Shown: positions 8,904 through 18,309 of the stretch, piece after piece
Position numbering within the stretch: position 1 is the stretch's first letter
Layout: each line of letters begins with the position of its first letter
Assembly: GCA_003552785.1 (NCBI GenBank)
Contig: PUOQ01000064.1
Coordinates: 1 to 34,625 of the forward strand
Direction of reading: 5' to 3'
From: Dehalococcoidia bacterium
GTDB taxonomy: Bacteria; Chloroflexota; Dehalococcoidia; Dehalococcoidales; CSSed11-197
DNA length: 34,625 nucleotides
Made by a program: the position numbers and the translations under genes
The notes under the pieces: model-generated
Told to the model about the DNA's origin: nothing
Database searches by the model: none
What the model saw: only the letters and a program-made list of their open reading frames with translations

Positions 8904-10813
8904 TGAATTATCCAGCTGAACCCCTGGCAATTGTAATATTTATATTATTCGTTCTTGTTGTATTGGGCCTGTCATACTGGTTTGCTCGCAGAGCCAGATC
9001 TGCCAGCGGTTATTATGCTGCCGGAGGCAATATACACTGGGGCGTTAACGGTATAGCCTTTGCCGGTGATTATCTATCCGCCGCCTCATTCCTGGGCATC
9101 GCCGGCATGATTGCTTTATATGGTTACGACGGTTTTCTTTACTCCATCGGCTTTCTTGCCGGCTGGATGGTAGCCCTCTTTGTAGTTGCTGAACCACTCA
9201 AACGCATGGGTAAATACACTTTCGCCTCTGCCATTGACGCCAAGTTTAAATCCCGGGGGGTAGTTCTGGCAGCCGGTATATCCACTCTGGTCGTTTCTTT
9301 GTTTTACCTGATTCCCCAAATGGTAGGGGCAGGTGCTCTTATTACGCCACTGCTCGGCCTGCCATTTGAAGCCGGTGTTTTCATGGTTGGCGCGGTAGTC
9401 ATCCTGATCGTAGCTACCGCAGGCATGGCCTCTACCACAATGGTGCAGTTTATAAAAGGGGGTTTACTGATTGGTTTTTCGCTGGGAGTCACCGGGCTGC
9501 TTCTGTTTAGCGGTTTTTCTACATCCCCAGGCGAAGAGGGCAACCCCCTTCATGACCTGCAGACCATTGAACTGGCTAATGCAACACCCGGAAATATTGA
9601 ACTGAAAAACCCTTCATACACTTTAATCGAAGAATTTGAAGCAGAAGGCATGGTATTCGTAAAAGCCGAAAAGGACAACCTTATCAACTTCTGGAAGCTT
9701 GAAGAGGATCAGGGAATTCTAACCCAGGCCCAATCCATAGTTACCCAGCCAGGCCAGCCCGATCTTTACAATGGTGCCCCAAAGGAAGAAGGAAAATTTT
9801 TCCAGGTAGGTCACCTCAGTGTTATCGATGGAAAGGACAATGTCCAGACAGGCCCGGTTAACCTGCTTTCCTTTTTTGGCATAATAAAGGAGGGCGAAGT
9901 AGTTCGCTGGGGTTCACAGCGTCTATATGATGGCAACAGCCAGGCAACTGTATATTACCAGATACCAACGAAGGGCTCAGAAATACTGGTGCCCGGGCAA
10001 AACTTCAAAATAGATCCAGATAAGGGGGCATCCGGGGCCGACCGGGTTAATTTTGTCTCACTCATGTTGTCACTTTTCCTGGGAACAGCCGCTCTACCGC
10101 ATATACTTATACGATATTATACGGTTCCCAGCCCGGCTTTTGCCCGTAAGTCAACCATTGTAGCTGTAGCATCTATCGGGCTTTTTTACCTGTTGACATT
10201 TTTTATAGGCCTGGGTGCTATGACGCATGGAGTGATTGATCTTACCAACGAAAATATGTCGGCACCGTTGCTGGCTCGTTCTTTTGGCCTGGGTATATTT
10301 GCTATCATATCTGCTATAGCCTTTGCCACCATACTTGGCACTGTAAGCGGTCTTATTGTAGCTGCTTCCGGAGCAGTTGCCATAGATCTGGCTCATAAAA
10401 CGTTTAGAATCCAGTTGTCAGAAAAAAAGATGGTACTTGTCGGCCGCTTAGCAGCCGTTACGGTAGGCATAATTGCCATGGCTTTGGGTGTTGCTTTCAA
10501 AAATATGAACGTTTCCTTTCTGGTGGGGTGGGCTTTTACCATCGCTGCGTCAGCCAACCTGCCGGCTATAATCATGATACTTTTCTGGAGTAAGGTTACA
10601 GCAAAAGGTGTTATTGCCTCTATAGCTGTTGGCTTGTTTGGCTCTCTGGTGATGATACTTCTGGCACCGGAAACATTCAGCCAGGTGTATGATTTGCCTG
10701 CCTCCAGCGCTCCAATGCCTATAAGTCAGCCGGCAATAATTTCAGTGCCCCTCAGCTTTTTAACACTTGTTGCCGTGTCTCTATTGACTAAAAAGAAGGA
10801 TGAGGTAGAATAA
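8903..10813 (+). CDS. actP: Cation/acetate symporter, ActP-like (SSS family), with a large soluble insertion
   Basis: NGIAFAGDYLSAASFLG, YLIPQMVGAG, GTAALPHILIRYYTVP, AFATILGTVSGL and AASANLP motifs. Confidence 0.9.
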   Translation: MNYPAEPLAIVIFILFVLVVLGLSYWFARRARSASGYYAAGGNIHWGVNGIAFAGDYLSAASFLGIAGMIALYGYDGFLYSIGFLAGWMVALFVVAEPLKRMGKYTFASAIDAKFKSRGVVLAAGISTLVVSLFYLIPQMVGAGALITPLLGLPFEAGVFMVGAVVILIVATAGMASTTMVQFIKGGLLIGFSLGVTGLLLFSGFSTSPGEEGNPLHDLQTIELANATPGNIELKNPSYTLIEEFEAEGMVFVKAEKDNLINFWKLEEDQGILTQAQSIVTQPGQPDLYNGAPKEEGKFFQVGHLSVIDGKDNVQTGPVNLLSFFGIIKEGEVVRWGSQRLYDGNSQATVYYQIPTKGSEILVPGQNFKIDPDKGASGADRVNFVSLMLSLFLGTAALPHILIRYYTVPSPAFARKSTIVAVASIGLFYLLTFFIGLGAMTHGVIDLTNENMSAPLLARSFGLGIFAIISAIAFATILGTVSGLIVAASGAVAIDLAHKTFRIQLSEKKMVLVGRLAAVTVGIIAMALGVAFKNMNVSFLVGWAFTIAASANLPAIIMILFWSKVTAKGVIASIAVGLFGSLVMILLAPETFSQVYDLPASSAPMPISQPAIISVPLSFLTLVAVSLLTKKKDEVE

Positions 10814-10841
10814 AGATAATAACGAGGAGGAGGTAAGTCTG

Positions 10842-11300
10842 ATGCAAGAAAAAATTATAGTACCTCTCGATGGTTCAAAAGTAGCTGAAGCGGTGCTGCC
10901 CTATGTTGAAGAAATTGCTGCCAAAATGTACCCGGATACAATGGTAGATGTTACATTAATGAAAGTAATACCTGCCACCAAATTTAACATACCTACCAGG
11001 GACCGTAGTGCTCAGGCGCCCCAAAAACCGGATGAACTGGAAGAGATACACAAAGAAGCTTTGCAGTATCTGGAAATGATGGCAGAATCACTGCGGCCCA
11101 AATTTTCTAAAGTAAATACCCTGGTGGCTATTGGTAAAACAGCAGAGGAAATTGTTAACGCAGCCATGGAAAAAAAGGCAGACGTCATAGCTATGTCGAC
11201 GCACGGCTTTTCAGGCATAAAACGGTTGGCCCTTGGCAGTGTAACCGAAGAAGTTGTAAGAATAAGCGACGTGCCCGTTCTTATCGTGCGCGGTAAATAG
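10842..11300 (+). CDS. Universal stress protein (UspA family)
   Basis: IIVPLDGS, IAMSTHGFSG, LGSVTEEVVR and PVLIVR. GAGGAGGT RBS. Confidence 0.92.
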   Translation: MQEKIIVPLDGSKVAEAVLPYVEEIAAKMYPDTMVDVTLMKVIPATKFNIPTRDRSAQAPQKPDELEEIHKEALQYLEMMAESLRPKFSKVNTLVAIGKTAEEIVNAAMEKKADVIAMSTHGFSGIKRLALGSVTEEVVRISDVPVLIVRGK

Positions 11301-11479
11301 CTGATTCTTTACCCCTCTTTTTCAGTGCTGCCTCTAAATGGATTCCGGTCGGTTTGTTGCACCGGGTGACCGGGTTGCATAAGCATATATCAAGGCGGCA
11401 ATAAATTATCGCCCCATAATTTGTTCGGTGCAAACCATCACTTAAGGATCAGCGTTTGCAAACTTTAAGTTTTTTCGGT

Positions 11480-11516
11480 TTGCAATAATTCCAACTTATG
11501 ATATATACTATCATAA
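11480..11516 (+). promoter_or_regulatory. Sigma70-type promoter of the heme operon overlapped by a palindromic operator
   Basis: TTGCAA (11480-85), 18 nt spacer, TATACT (11504-09). Perfect inverted repeat TTATGATA-N5-TATCATAA at 11496-11516. Confidence 0.6.
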
Positions 11517-11569
11517 TTCTTAAATATTATGTAGATTTCTTTAGATTTGCAATCGTATGGTGAAGTGTT

Positions 11570-12223
11570 ATGCAGGCAAAAAAAATGCTAAACATCCATG
11601 AAGCCAGTAATTTTTTAGGCGTTAGTGAAGCCACCTTGAGGTTATGGACTGATGAAAGCCAGGTCAAGGCTTTCATAACACCGGGAGGTCACAGGCGTTA
11701 CGACTTGGATGAACTCAAGCGCTTTTATGCATCCAGGCAAAAGGTTTTAAGTATCAAAGATATGGCCGCGAAACTGGAATTAACGTCTGCAACTTACAGA
11801 CAGGTTGCACATGAGCATGTAAGACCCGAATGGTTTAAACGTTTATCTCATGAAGACCAGCAGGAGTTGCTTGGAGTCACCCAGAGCTTATTTAACCTTA
11901 CAATAAATTTTATTAAAAGCCCCGCCCAGCGTAAACAAATATCCCAGGCGGCACAGTTAAAAGGTGAAGAGTTCGGCACACTTTTAGCAAAGCTGGAACT
12001 GTCTCTTACCGAATCTGTGGAAGCTTTTCTTTCCAACCGGGGCCATACCATAGATTTTATGGCTGATCTAATCAAAAAGAATACTGCACAGGATAAACGT
12101 GTTCTGGAATCATTGCCTTCTTTAAACCATATGTTGGATGAAGTGCTTTTATCTTTGATTACTGCTCATCAAAAATACGTAAAACCGAAAAAAAATAAGA
12201 CCGAAAGGGTAAGCCAAAATTGA
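11570..12223 (+). CDS. MerR/excisionase-type HTH DNA-binding protein with an all-helical C-terminal domain
   Basis: LNIHEASNFLGVSEATLRLWTDE...TPGGHRRY is an HTH_17/MerR-like motif. Its stop overlaps the ahbC start. Confidence 0.85.
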   Translation: MQAKKMLNIHEASNFLGVSEATLRLWTDESQVKAFITPGGHRRYDLDELKRFYASRQKVLSIKDMAAKLELTSATYRQVAHEHVRPEWFKRLSHEDQQELLGVTQSLFNLTINFIKSPAQRKQISQAAQLKGEEFGTLLAKLELSLTESVEAFLSNRGHTIDFMADLIKKNTAQDKRVLESLPSLNHMLDEVLLSLITAHQKYVKPKKNKTERVSQN

Positions 12224-13407
12224 TCTCAGTCTCCAGGTTACTGTGTAACACCGTCAGTCCGGGTGACCATCTACGATACAGGACAGGAGGTCATGTATCA
12301 TTTAGTCCTGATAATGCCATCCCAAAACCCGTTGTTGTTTGGAATTCAACGCGGGCGTGTAACCTCAAGTGCCTGCACTGTTATGCATCAGCTACTACAG
12401 AAGCCGCGCTTGATGAGCTCACCAATTCTGATGCCAGAGAGTTCATAACAGATATTGCCAGCTTTAATGCACCGGTAATCCTATTTTCCGGCGGTGAACC
12501 ACTGATGAGGCAGGACTTTTTTGAATTAGCCTCTTTTGCTGCAAATGCAGGATTGAGGGTGGCTCTTTCTACCAACGGCACGCTTATTGACGCTCAAACA
12601 GCGCAAAGCTTAAAGCAGATAGGCTTTACTGAAGTAGGTATCAGCCTGGATGGCATCGGGGATAATAACGATCGCTTTCGGGGCTCCAAAGGCGCTTTTA
12701 CTGCTGCCTTGAATGGAATACGCCACTCAATCGACCAGGGGCTTAGAGTATCACTCAGGATAACTATGACCCGGTTCAATTACAAAGAAGTACCGGCTAT
12801 ATTTAAACTGATTGAAGAAGAAAATATCAATCGAATATGCCTTTATCATTTGGCTTACAGCGGCCGGGGGGACAGGCTTATAAAAGCAGACCTTACTTCT
12901 GAAATGACGCGTGAAACTATGGAAACTATAATCTGGCACACTGTCGACCTTCATGACAGGGGAAAACCTAAAGAGGTTCTTACAGTGGGAAACCATGCAG
13001 ATGGAGTATATCTGTACCTTAAATTATTGAGGGAGAAACATCCACAGGCAGAAAAGGCGCTTGAACTCTTAAAAAGCAATGGCGGCAATAACTCGGGTGT
13101 ACGCATTAGCGCTGTTGATAATACGGGCAATGTGCACCCTGATCAGTTCTGGTGGCATTACTCTCTGGGTAATATAAAGCAAAAACCTTTCAGCCAGATA
13201 TGGAGTGATGAAAGTGAGCCGCTACTGAAAGCTCTTAGAAACCGCAAGCCCCTTTTAAAGGGCAGGTGTGGGGCGTGCAAATACATCGATATATGTAATG
13301 GAAATCTGAGGGTTAGATCTGAAGCTTATTATAATGACCTTTGGGGGCCGGACCCTGCCTGCTATCTTACTGACGACGAGATAGGAGCCAAAGTCGAGAT
13401 TGCATAA
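12220..13407 (+). CDS. ahbC: Radical SAM Fe-coproporphyrin III synthase (12,18-didecarboxysiroheme deacetylase, NirJ1-like)
   Basis: MISVSRL start, VVVWNSTRACNLKCLHCY (CxxxCxxC), FSGGEP, VHPDQFW, and SPASM Cys ending in DPACY. Operon context agrees. Confidence 0.85.
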   Translation: MISVSRLLCNTVSPGDHLRYRTGGHVSFSPDNAIPKPVVVWNSTRACNLKCLHCYASATTEAALDELTNSDAREFITDIASFNAPVILFSGGEPLMRQDFFELASFAANAGLRVALSTNGTLIDAQTAQSLKQIGFTEVGISLDGIGDNNDRFRGSKGAFTAALNGIRHSIDQGLRVSLRITMTRFNYKEVPAIFKLIEEENINRICLYHLAYSGRGDRLIKADLTSEMTRETMETIIWHTVDLHDRGKPKEVLTVGNHADGVYLYLKLLREKHPQAEKALELLKSNGGNNSGVRISAVDNTGNVHPDQFWWHYSLGNIKQKPFSQIWSDESEPLLKALRNRKPLLKGRCGACKYIDICNGNLRVRSEAYYNDLWGPDPACYLTDDEIGAKVEIA

Positions 13408-14488
13408 CTTATCAAGTAGCAACCTGATCAAGCCGGAATTGCGGATGGTAGCCTGGGAGCTTACCCGGGCATGCAACTTGCGTTGCGCCCACTGCAGGGC
13501 CTCTTCTGACAAAGAAGTAGATTCCGATGTATTGCCACTAAAAAGTTGCATGGATATAGTAAATCAAATCATCGAAGTATCCAAGCCGGTTGTTATACTT
13601 ACCGGGGGCGAACCGCTGTTAAGTGACAATATGTACGACATTGCCCGTTACAGTACGGGTAAAGGTTTGCGTGTTGTACTTGGAACCAACGGAACCCTGA
13701 TCACTCCAAAAGTAGCCGCAGATCTAAAAAAAACAGGTGTCAGCGCAGTCGGGATAAGCATTGATTATCCTGATGCTGAAAGTCAGGATGCATTCCGGGG
13801 AGTCAAAGGAGCCTTTGAGAGAGCAGTAAGCGGCATAGGGCATTCATTGGCTGCCGGCATATCTGTTCAGGTTAATACAACGGTTACACGCCTTAATTTC
13901 GAACATCTTGAAGAACTGTTAAGGCTCGCACTTGATGTCGGGGCCAGTGCCTTTCACCCTTTTTTACTGGTGCCTACCGGCAGAGGCGAAGATCTAAAAA
14001 GTGTCGAACTTTCTGCTGAGGAATATGAAAGGGTTCTTAACTGGGTTTATGACAAGCAAGTAGAACACAGTGACCGTATATTCATCAAGCCAACAGATGC
14101 ACCGCATTACATGCGCATTGTAGCGCAGAGGAAGCAACAAGGTCAGGAAGCAATAGCAAAATCTGTCCATGCGCGAAGCATGAGCAGAGGGTGCCTGGCC
14201 GGAGTTAGTTTCTGCTTTATTTCACATACCGGAATAGTCCAGGGTTGTGGTTACCTTACATTTCCGGCCGGAGATCTTAAAAAGCAGGTTTTTAAAGAAA
14301 TCTGGCAACAGTCGCCTCTTTTTAATGATCTCAGGGACATATCCAAACTCAAAGGCAAATGTGGAAGCTGTGAATACAAACGGGTGTGCGGTGGTTGCCG
14401 CGCGCGTGCCTATGAAGCTACTGGAGATTACCTGGAAGCCGAACCCTATTGTTTTTATTGGCCTTCAGTTTGCCAGGCTGCATTTTAA
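13400..14488 (+). CDS. ahbD: Radical SAM AdoMet-dependent heme synthase (NirJ2-like)
   Basis: WELTRACNLRCAHCRA, LTGGEP, FLLVPTGRG, PTDAPHY, GCLAG and SPASM CGSC...CGGCRARA...EPYC. Confidence 0.85.
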   Translation: MHNLSSSNLIKPELRMVAWELTRACNLRCAHCRASSDKEVDSDVLPLKSCMDIVNQIIEVSKPVVILTGGEPLLSDNMYDIARYSTGKGLRVVLGTNGTLITPKVAADLKKTGVSAVGISIDYPDAESQDAFRGVKGAFERAVSGIGHSLAAGISVQVNTTVTRLNFEHLEELLRLALDVGASAFHPFLLVPTGRGEDLKSVELSAEEYERVLNWVYDKQVEHSDRIFIKPTDAPHYMRIVAQRKQQGQEAIAKSVHARSMSRGCLAGVSFCFISHTGIVQGCGYLTFPAGDLKKQVFKEIWQQSPLFNDLRDISKLKGKCGSCEYKRVCGGCRARAYEATGDYLEAEPYCFYWPSVCQAAF

Positions 14489-14501
14489 TTGAGAAGAGAA
14501 T

Positions 14502-15467
14502 ATGCTTGATTCTATTAACAAAAATTTAATAAGCATACTGCAATCCAGTTTCCCCCTGGTCAAGCAACCATATTACGAGATTGGTAAAAAACTGAACATC
14601 AGCACCGAGGAAGTAATATACAGGTTGACCAAATATAAAGAATCAGGGCTTGTGCGTGAAATCAGTGCTATAGCCAACCCTCACATGCTGGGTTATACGA
14701 CTACGCTGGTTGCAATCAAAATACCGTCGCAGGCCATAAAACGAGGTACGGAAATTATATGCAGTCATCCGTTTATCAGCCATGCTTACCTGCGCAATCA
14801 TGAATTTAACCTGTGGATAACTCTGGCGGCAAGAAAAGATCAAAACATTGCTGAGGAGATCGAAAAAATAAGATTGGGCTGCAATGCCACCACGGCTATC
14901 AGCCTGCCTTCAACCAGGGTTTTCAAGTTAAAGGCTGTTTTTGACGAAACAAACAAGCCATTGACGGAGCCAATTAAAAAGAACAAACCAGCAACCATTG
15001 AACTATCTCCGAAGCAAAAACGCGTTTTGAAAATTATACAATCAGACCTGCCACTTTCATCAACTCCATTTTATGAGCTTTCTCGGGAAATGGATATTCG
15101 AACCGACGAATTTTTGGATATGGTAAGGGAGCTAATCGGAGCAGGAGTGGTAAAGCGATATGGTGCCAGTGTAAATCACCGCCGGCTAGGATATGAGTTC
15201 AACGCAATGACCTGTTTTTGCGTGGACAATAAAACGGCTGAATCTCTGGGTAAATATTTTTCCCGACAAGAACAGGTTAGCCATTGTTATTTAAGAAAAC
15301 CGCATAAACTGTTCCCCCAAAACTTTTTTGCCATGGTTCACTGTGCAAACGAGGTTGAGCATTCGCTTTTTATGCAGAAAGTAGCCTCAGAAACCGGTCA
15401 CAGGGAATACCTTTCTCTGGTCTCTGAAGGTGAGATAAAAAAACAAAGGAACCGGTATTATTCATGA
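14502..15467 (+). CDS. ahbAB: Siroheme decarboxylase, fused AhbA/AhbB (two Lrp/AsnC-like repeats)
   Basis: Two repeats: LQSSFPLVKQPY...SHAYLR...NLW and IQSDLPLSSTPF...NHRRLG..NAM...SHCYLR...FAMVH. Confidence 0.85.
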   Translation: MLDSINKNLISILQSSFPLVKQPYYEIGKKLNISTEEVIYRLTKYKESGLVREISAIANPHMLGYTTTLVAIKIPSQAIKRGTEIICSHPFISHAYLRNHEFNLWITLAARKDQNIAEEIEKIRLGCNATTAISLPSTRVFKLKAVFDETNKPLTEPIKKNKPATIELSPKQKRVLKIIQSDLPLSSTPFYELSREMDIRTDEFLDMVRELIGAGVVKRYGASVNHRRLGYEFNAMTCFCVDNKTAESLGKYFSRQEQVSHCYLRKPHKLFPQNFFAMVHCANEVEHSLFMQKVASETGHREYLSLVSEGEIKKQRNRYYS

Positions 15468-16129
15468 AACCACCAATCCGTAACAAGCCTTATCCCGTCG
15501 GTCTTCTTTTAAAAGGCAAAAACTGCCTTGTAGCAGGAGGCGGTGCTGTAGGAGCGAGAAAGGCTGCAACTCTGCTGGAACACGGGGCAGTAGTGACTGT
15601 TGTAAGCCCGGAAATTTGCCCGGATTTGCAATCACTATTGGATAAAGGAAAGATTGTCCACATATCGAAACTTTATTCAAGCAATGATATTGAAAATATG
15701 AGCCTTGTAATAGCTGCAACAAACAATAAAGAGATTAATACAACAATTTCCAATGATGCCAGGAAGAAAAGAGTCTTGGTAAATGTTGTTGATGACGAAG
15801 AGTTGTCCGATTTCATACTTCCGGCGTATTTTTGCAGAGGCAGTCTGGTGGTAACTGTAGCTACTTCGGGCCAGAGCCCGGCACTTGCCCGTAAACTAAA
15901 AGAAAAGCTGGAAGAGGAATTTGGGCCTGAGTATTCGACACTTGTCGATATCATTGGTCATGTAAGGCACCAGTTAAAGCTGGAAGGGAAAAATCCTCCC
16001 TACTCGGCATGGCAAGAAGCACTTGATATTGAATCATTGCTTGGTTTTATTAAACAAGGCCAGGCAAAAAGAGCTGAGGATTATATTACAACAAAAATAA
16101 CCCGGGCAACCGGATTGAACTGCGATTAG
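15464..16129 (+). CDS. sirC: Precorrin-2 dehydrogenase / sirohydrochlorin ferrochelatase (SirC/Met8/CysG-N)
   Basis: YP..L, VAGGGAVGARK, AAT, VNVVDD...DF and TSGQSPALA. Confidence 0.88.
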   Translation: MKPPIRNKPYPVGLLLKGKNCLVAGGGAVGARKAATLLEHGAVVTVVSPEICPDLQSLLDKGKIVHISKLYSSNDIENMSLVIAATNNKEINTTISNDARKKRVLVNVVDDEELSDFILPAYFCRGSLVVTVATSGQSPALARKLKEKLEEEFGPEYSTLVDIIGHVRHQLKLEGKNPPYSAWQEALDIESLLGFIKQGQAKRAEDYITTKITRATGLNCD

Positions 16130-16138
16130 AACAAGCAA

Positions 16139-17398
16139 ATGAGTTTTTATCTTATAGGTTTGAACCATAATACAGCGCCCCTTGAGATACGTGAGAGCCT
16201 TTCGATAAGCCAGCGTAAACTTCCGGTTTACCTGGAAGAGTTGTGCTCACATGTGCAGTGCGGTGTCATTTTGTCAACATGCAACCGCACCGAGTTTTAT
16301 TTGTGGGACGATAATCCTGGTAATATAACTAAAGGTTTTGATAATTTTCTACATGCTCGCTCAGGTTTGAATATGGAATCTATCAGCAATTATCTTTATT
16401 GCAAACATGATGCTGACGTTGCTTTACATCTCTTCAGGGTCGCCTCCGGGCTCGAGTCAATGATACTGGGGGAGTATGAGGTTTTAGGTCAGGTAAAAAA
16501 TGCTTATTATGCTGCAGAATCAGCAGGGTCACTGGGCCTTGCTTTGAAAAAATTGTTTGAAGCGGCTATAAAGACAGGTCGGCGAGTCCGGGAGGAAACA
16601 GCAATAAGCCAAAATTCGCTTTCAGCAAGCTCTATGGCGGTGGATATCGCCCTTTCAAAAAGCGATGAACCGGCCGACCTGAAGGCTCTTGTTATCGGCA
16701 CCGGTGAAGCCGGAAAGCTGGTGGCGCAGGTAGCAAAAGCTAAAGGCGTCGGCAGCATTATAATGGCCAGCCGGTACTGCCAAGATGCTCGGGATATGGC
16801 GGATAAGCTGGATGTAGAGCTGGTTGATTTTGCTTGTGTCGAAAAGGTTTTGCAGGGGGTTGATATCATTATTACCTGTGCCCACGCGCCTCATTACCTT
16901 TTAAACGCAGAGCAGATTCGCCATGTATTATCGAATAACCCCGGTAAAAAGCTTGTTATTGTAGACATTGGCGTTCCCAGGAATGTTGATCCCGCCATAC
17001 ATGGATTTGAAGGGGTTTTGCTTTACAATATTGATGATATAGGCCGAGCATGCGACAGCAACTTAAGCAAGCGCCAGACAGAAACAAATGCGGCCCAGGC
17101 AATTATTGATCAAGAAATTGTTCGTTTCAGAGAGTTTTCTCACACATTGAATGTGCGTCCTATAATTCGGTCTCTGGCTCAGCGGGCGGAAAATATCAGG
17201 GCCAGTCATCTGGAAACAACACTCAGAAATTTAAACACAGAGCTTTCGCCAAAAGAGCGCTACCAGATAGATGCGATGACTAAAGCCATAGTTAACCGCA
17301 TCTTGCAGGACCCGATCGGTTATTTAAAACAAAATCCTCAAAACAGTCTGTATGTCAATGCAGCTGTTGAACTATTTAAACTTTCTGAAAGGAAATAG
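16139..17398 (+). CDS. hemA: Glutamyl-tRNA reductase
   Basis: GLNHNTAP, STCNRTE, SGLESMILGE.EVLGQVK and DIGVPRNVD. Confidence 0.95.
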   Translation: MSFYLIGLNHNTAPLEIRESLSISQRKLPVYLEELCSHVQCGVILSTCNRTEFYLWDDNPGNITKGFDNFLHARSGLNMESISNYLYCKHDADVALHLFRVASGLESMILGEYEVLGQVKNAYYAAESAGSLGLALKKLFEAAIKTGRRVREETAISQNSLSASSMAVDIALSKSDEPADLKALVIGTGEAGKLVAQVAKAKGVGSIIMASRYCQDARDMADKLDVELVDFACVEKVLQGVDIIITCAHAPHYLLNAEQIRHVLSNNPGKKLVIVDIGVPRNVDPAIHGFEGVLLYNIDDIGRACDSNLSKRQTETNAAQAIIDQEIVRFREFSHTLNVRPIIRSLAQRAENIRASHLETTLRNLNTELSPKERYQIDAMTKAIVNRILQDPIGYLKQNPQNSLYVNAAVELFKLSERK

Positions 17399-17400
17399 TT

Positions 17401-18309
17401 TTGAAAAAGAGATTGATAATAGGCTCAAGGGCAAGTAAACTCGCTCTAATTCAGGCACAAATGGTGGCAGACCGGCTAAAAGCTTTTGTGCCGGATATAG
17501 ATATCAAAATAAAGCAAATTTCAACCACCGGCGACAGGGACAAAGAAACAGCCCTGGACAAGATGGGCACGGTAGGGGTTTTCGTAAAGGAGCTCGAAAA
17601 AGCACTGGAGCTTCACCGGATTGACATCGCTGTACACAGCCTTAAAGACATGCCGGCAAAACAGCCTGAAGGCTTGTTTTTGTCAGCGGTATTGGAGCGT
17701 GAAGATCCCGGAGACGTGCTTGTTTCAAGTGCAGGCAACCTCGACCAGCTCCCGGCAGGAGCTAGAATCGGCACCGGCAGTTTGCGCCGCCAGGTACAGC
17801 TTAAAACTGCAAGGCCAGATCTACAGGTTATGCCTTTAAGGGGAAACATTGACACACGCTTGAAAAAATTGCATGACGGAAACTATCAGGCAATAATAAT
17901 GGCAGCAGCAGCTTTAAAGCGCCTGGGATTGGAGCACTGGATAACCCAGTATCTGGATGCCGATGTATTTGTTCCTTCTGGATGCCAGGGTATCATCGGC
18001 ACCGAAATACGTAAAGAAGACAACGAGTTAGATAAAATGCTTGGGAAAATAAATCATTTACCTACCTCGCATGAAGCAACAGCAGAGAGGGCATTTCTAA
18101 GGGTGCTTGGAGCCGGCTGCCATGCGCCGGTAGGGGTAAAAGCCAGTTGCCTGGATAATCAGATGACCATCAGAGCCATGGCTGCCAGCCTCAGCGGGGA
18201 TTCGGTAGTATTTGATTCTGTTAAAGGCATCGTAACGGATGCCAGTAAAATGGGAACAGAGCTGGCAGAATCATTTGTAGTAAAAGGAGCTCCGGATTTT
18301 AGTGGATAA
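17401..18309 (+). CDS. hemC: Hydroxymethylbilane synthase (porphobilinogen deaminase)
   Basis: GSRASKLALIQ, TTGD, FVKELE, AVHSLKD, GTGSLRR, RGNIDTRL and GAGCHAP. Confidence 0.95.
   Translation: MKKRLIIGSRASKLALIQAQMVADRLKAFVPDIDIKIKQISTTGDRDKETALDKMGTVGVFVKELEKALELHRIDIAVHSLKDMPAKQPEGLFLSAVLEREDPGDVLVSSAGNLDQLPAGARIGTGSLRRQVQLKTARPDLQVMPLRGNIDTRLKKLHDGNYQAIIMAAAALKRLGLEHWITQYLDADVFVPSGCQGIIGTEIRKEDNELDKMLGKINHLPTSHEATAERAFLRVLGAGCHAPVGVKASCLDNQMTIRAMAASLSGDSVVFDSVKGIVTDASKMGTELAESFVVKGAPDFSG

Noticed and set aside
11300-11570. Cobalamin riboswitch ahead of the tetrapyrrole genes
   Set aside because: No B12-box or conserved GGGAA/ACTG core could be found by eye.
11570-12223. Prophage excisionase or mobile element
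   Set aside because: No integrase, att-like repeats or phage genes are present, and the gene is coupled to the heme operon.
14502-15467. Lrp/AsnC transcription regulator
   Set aside because: The two-repeat structure, the SH.Y.R motifs and the position among ahb/hem genes indicate siroheme decarboxylase.
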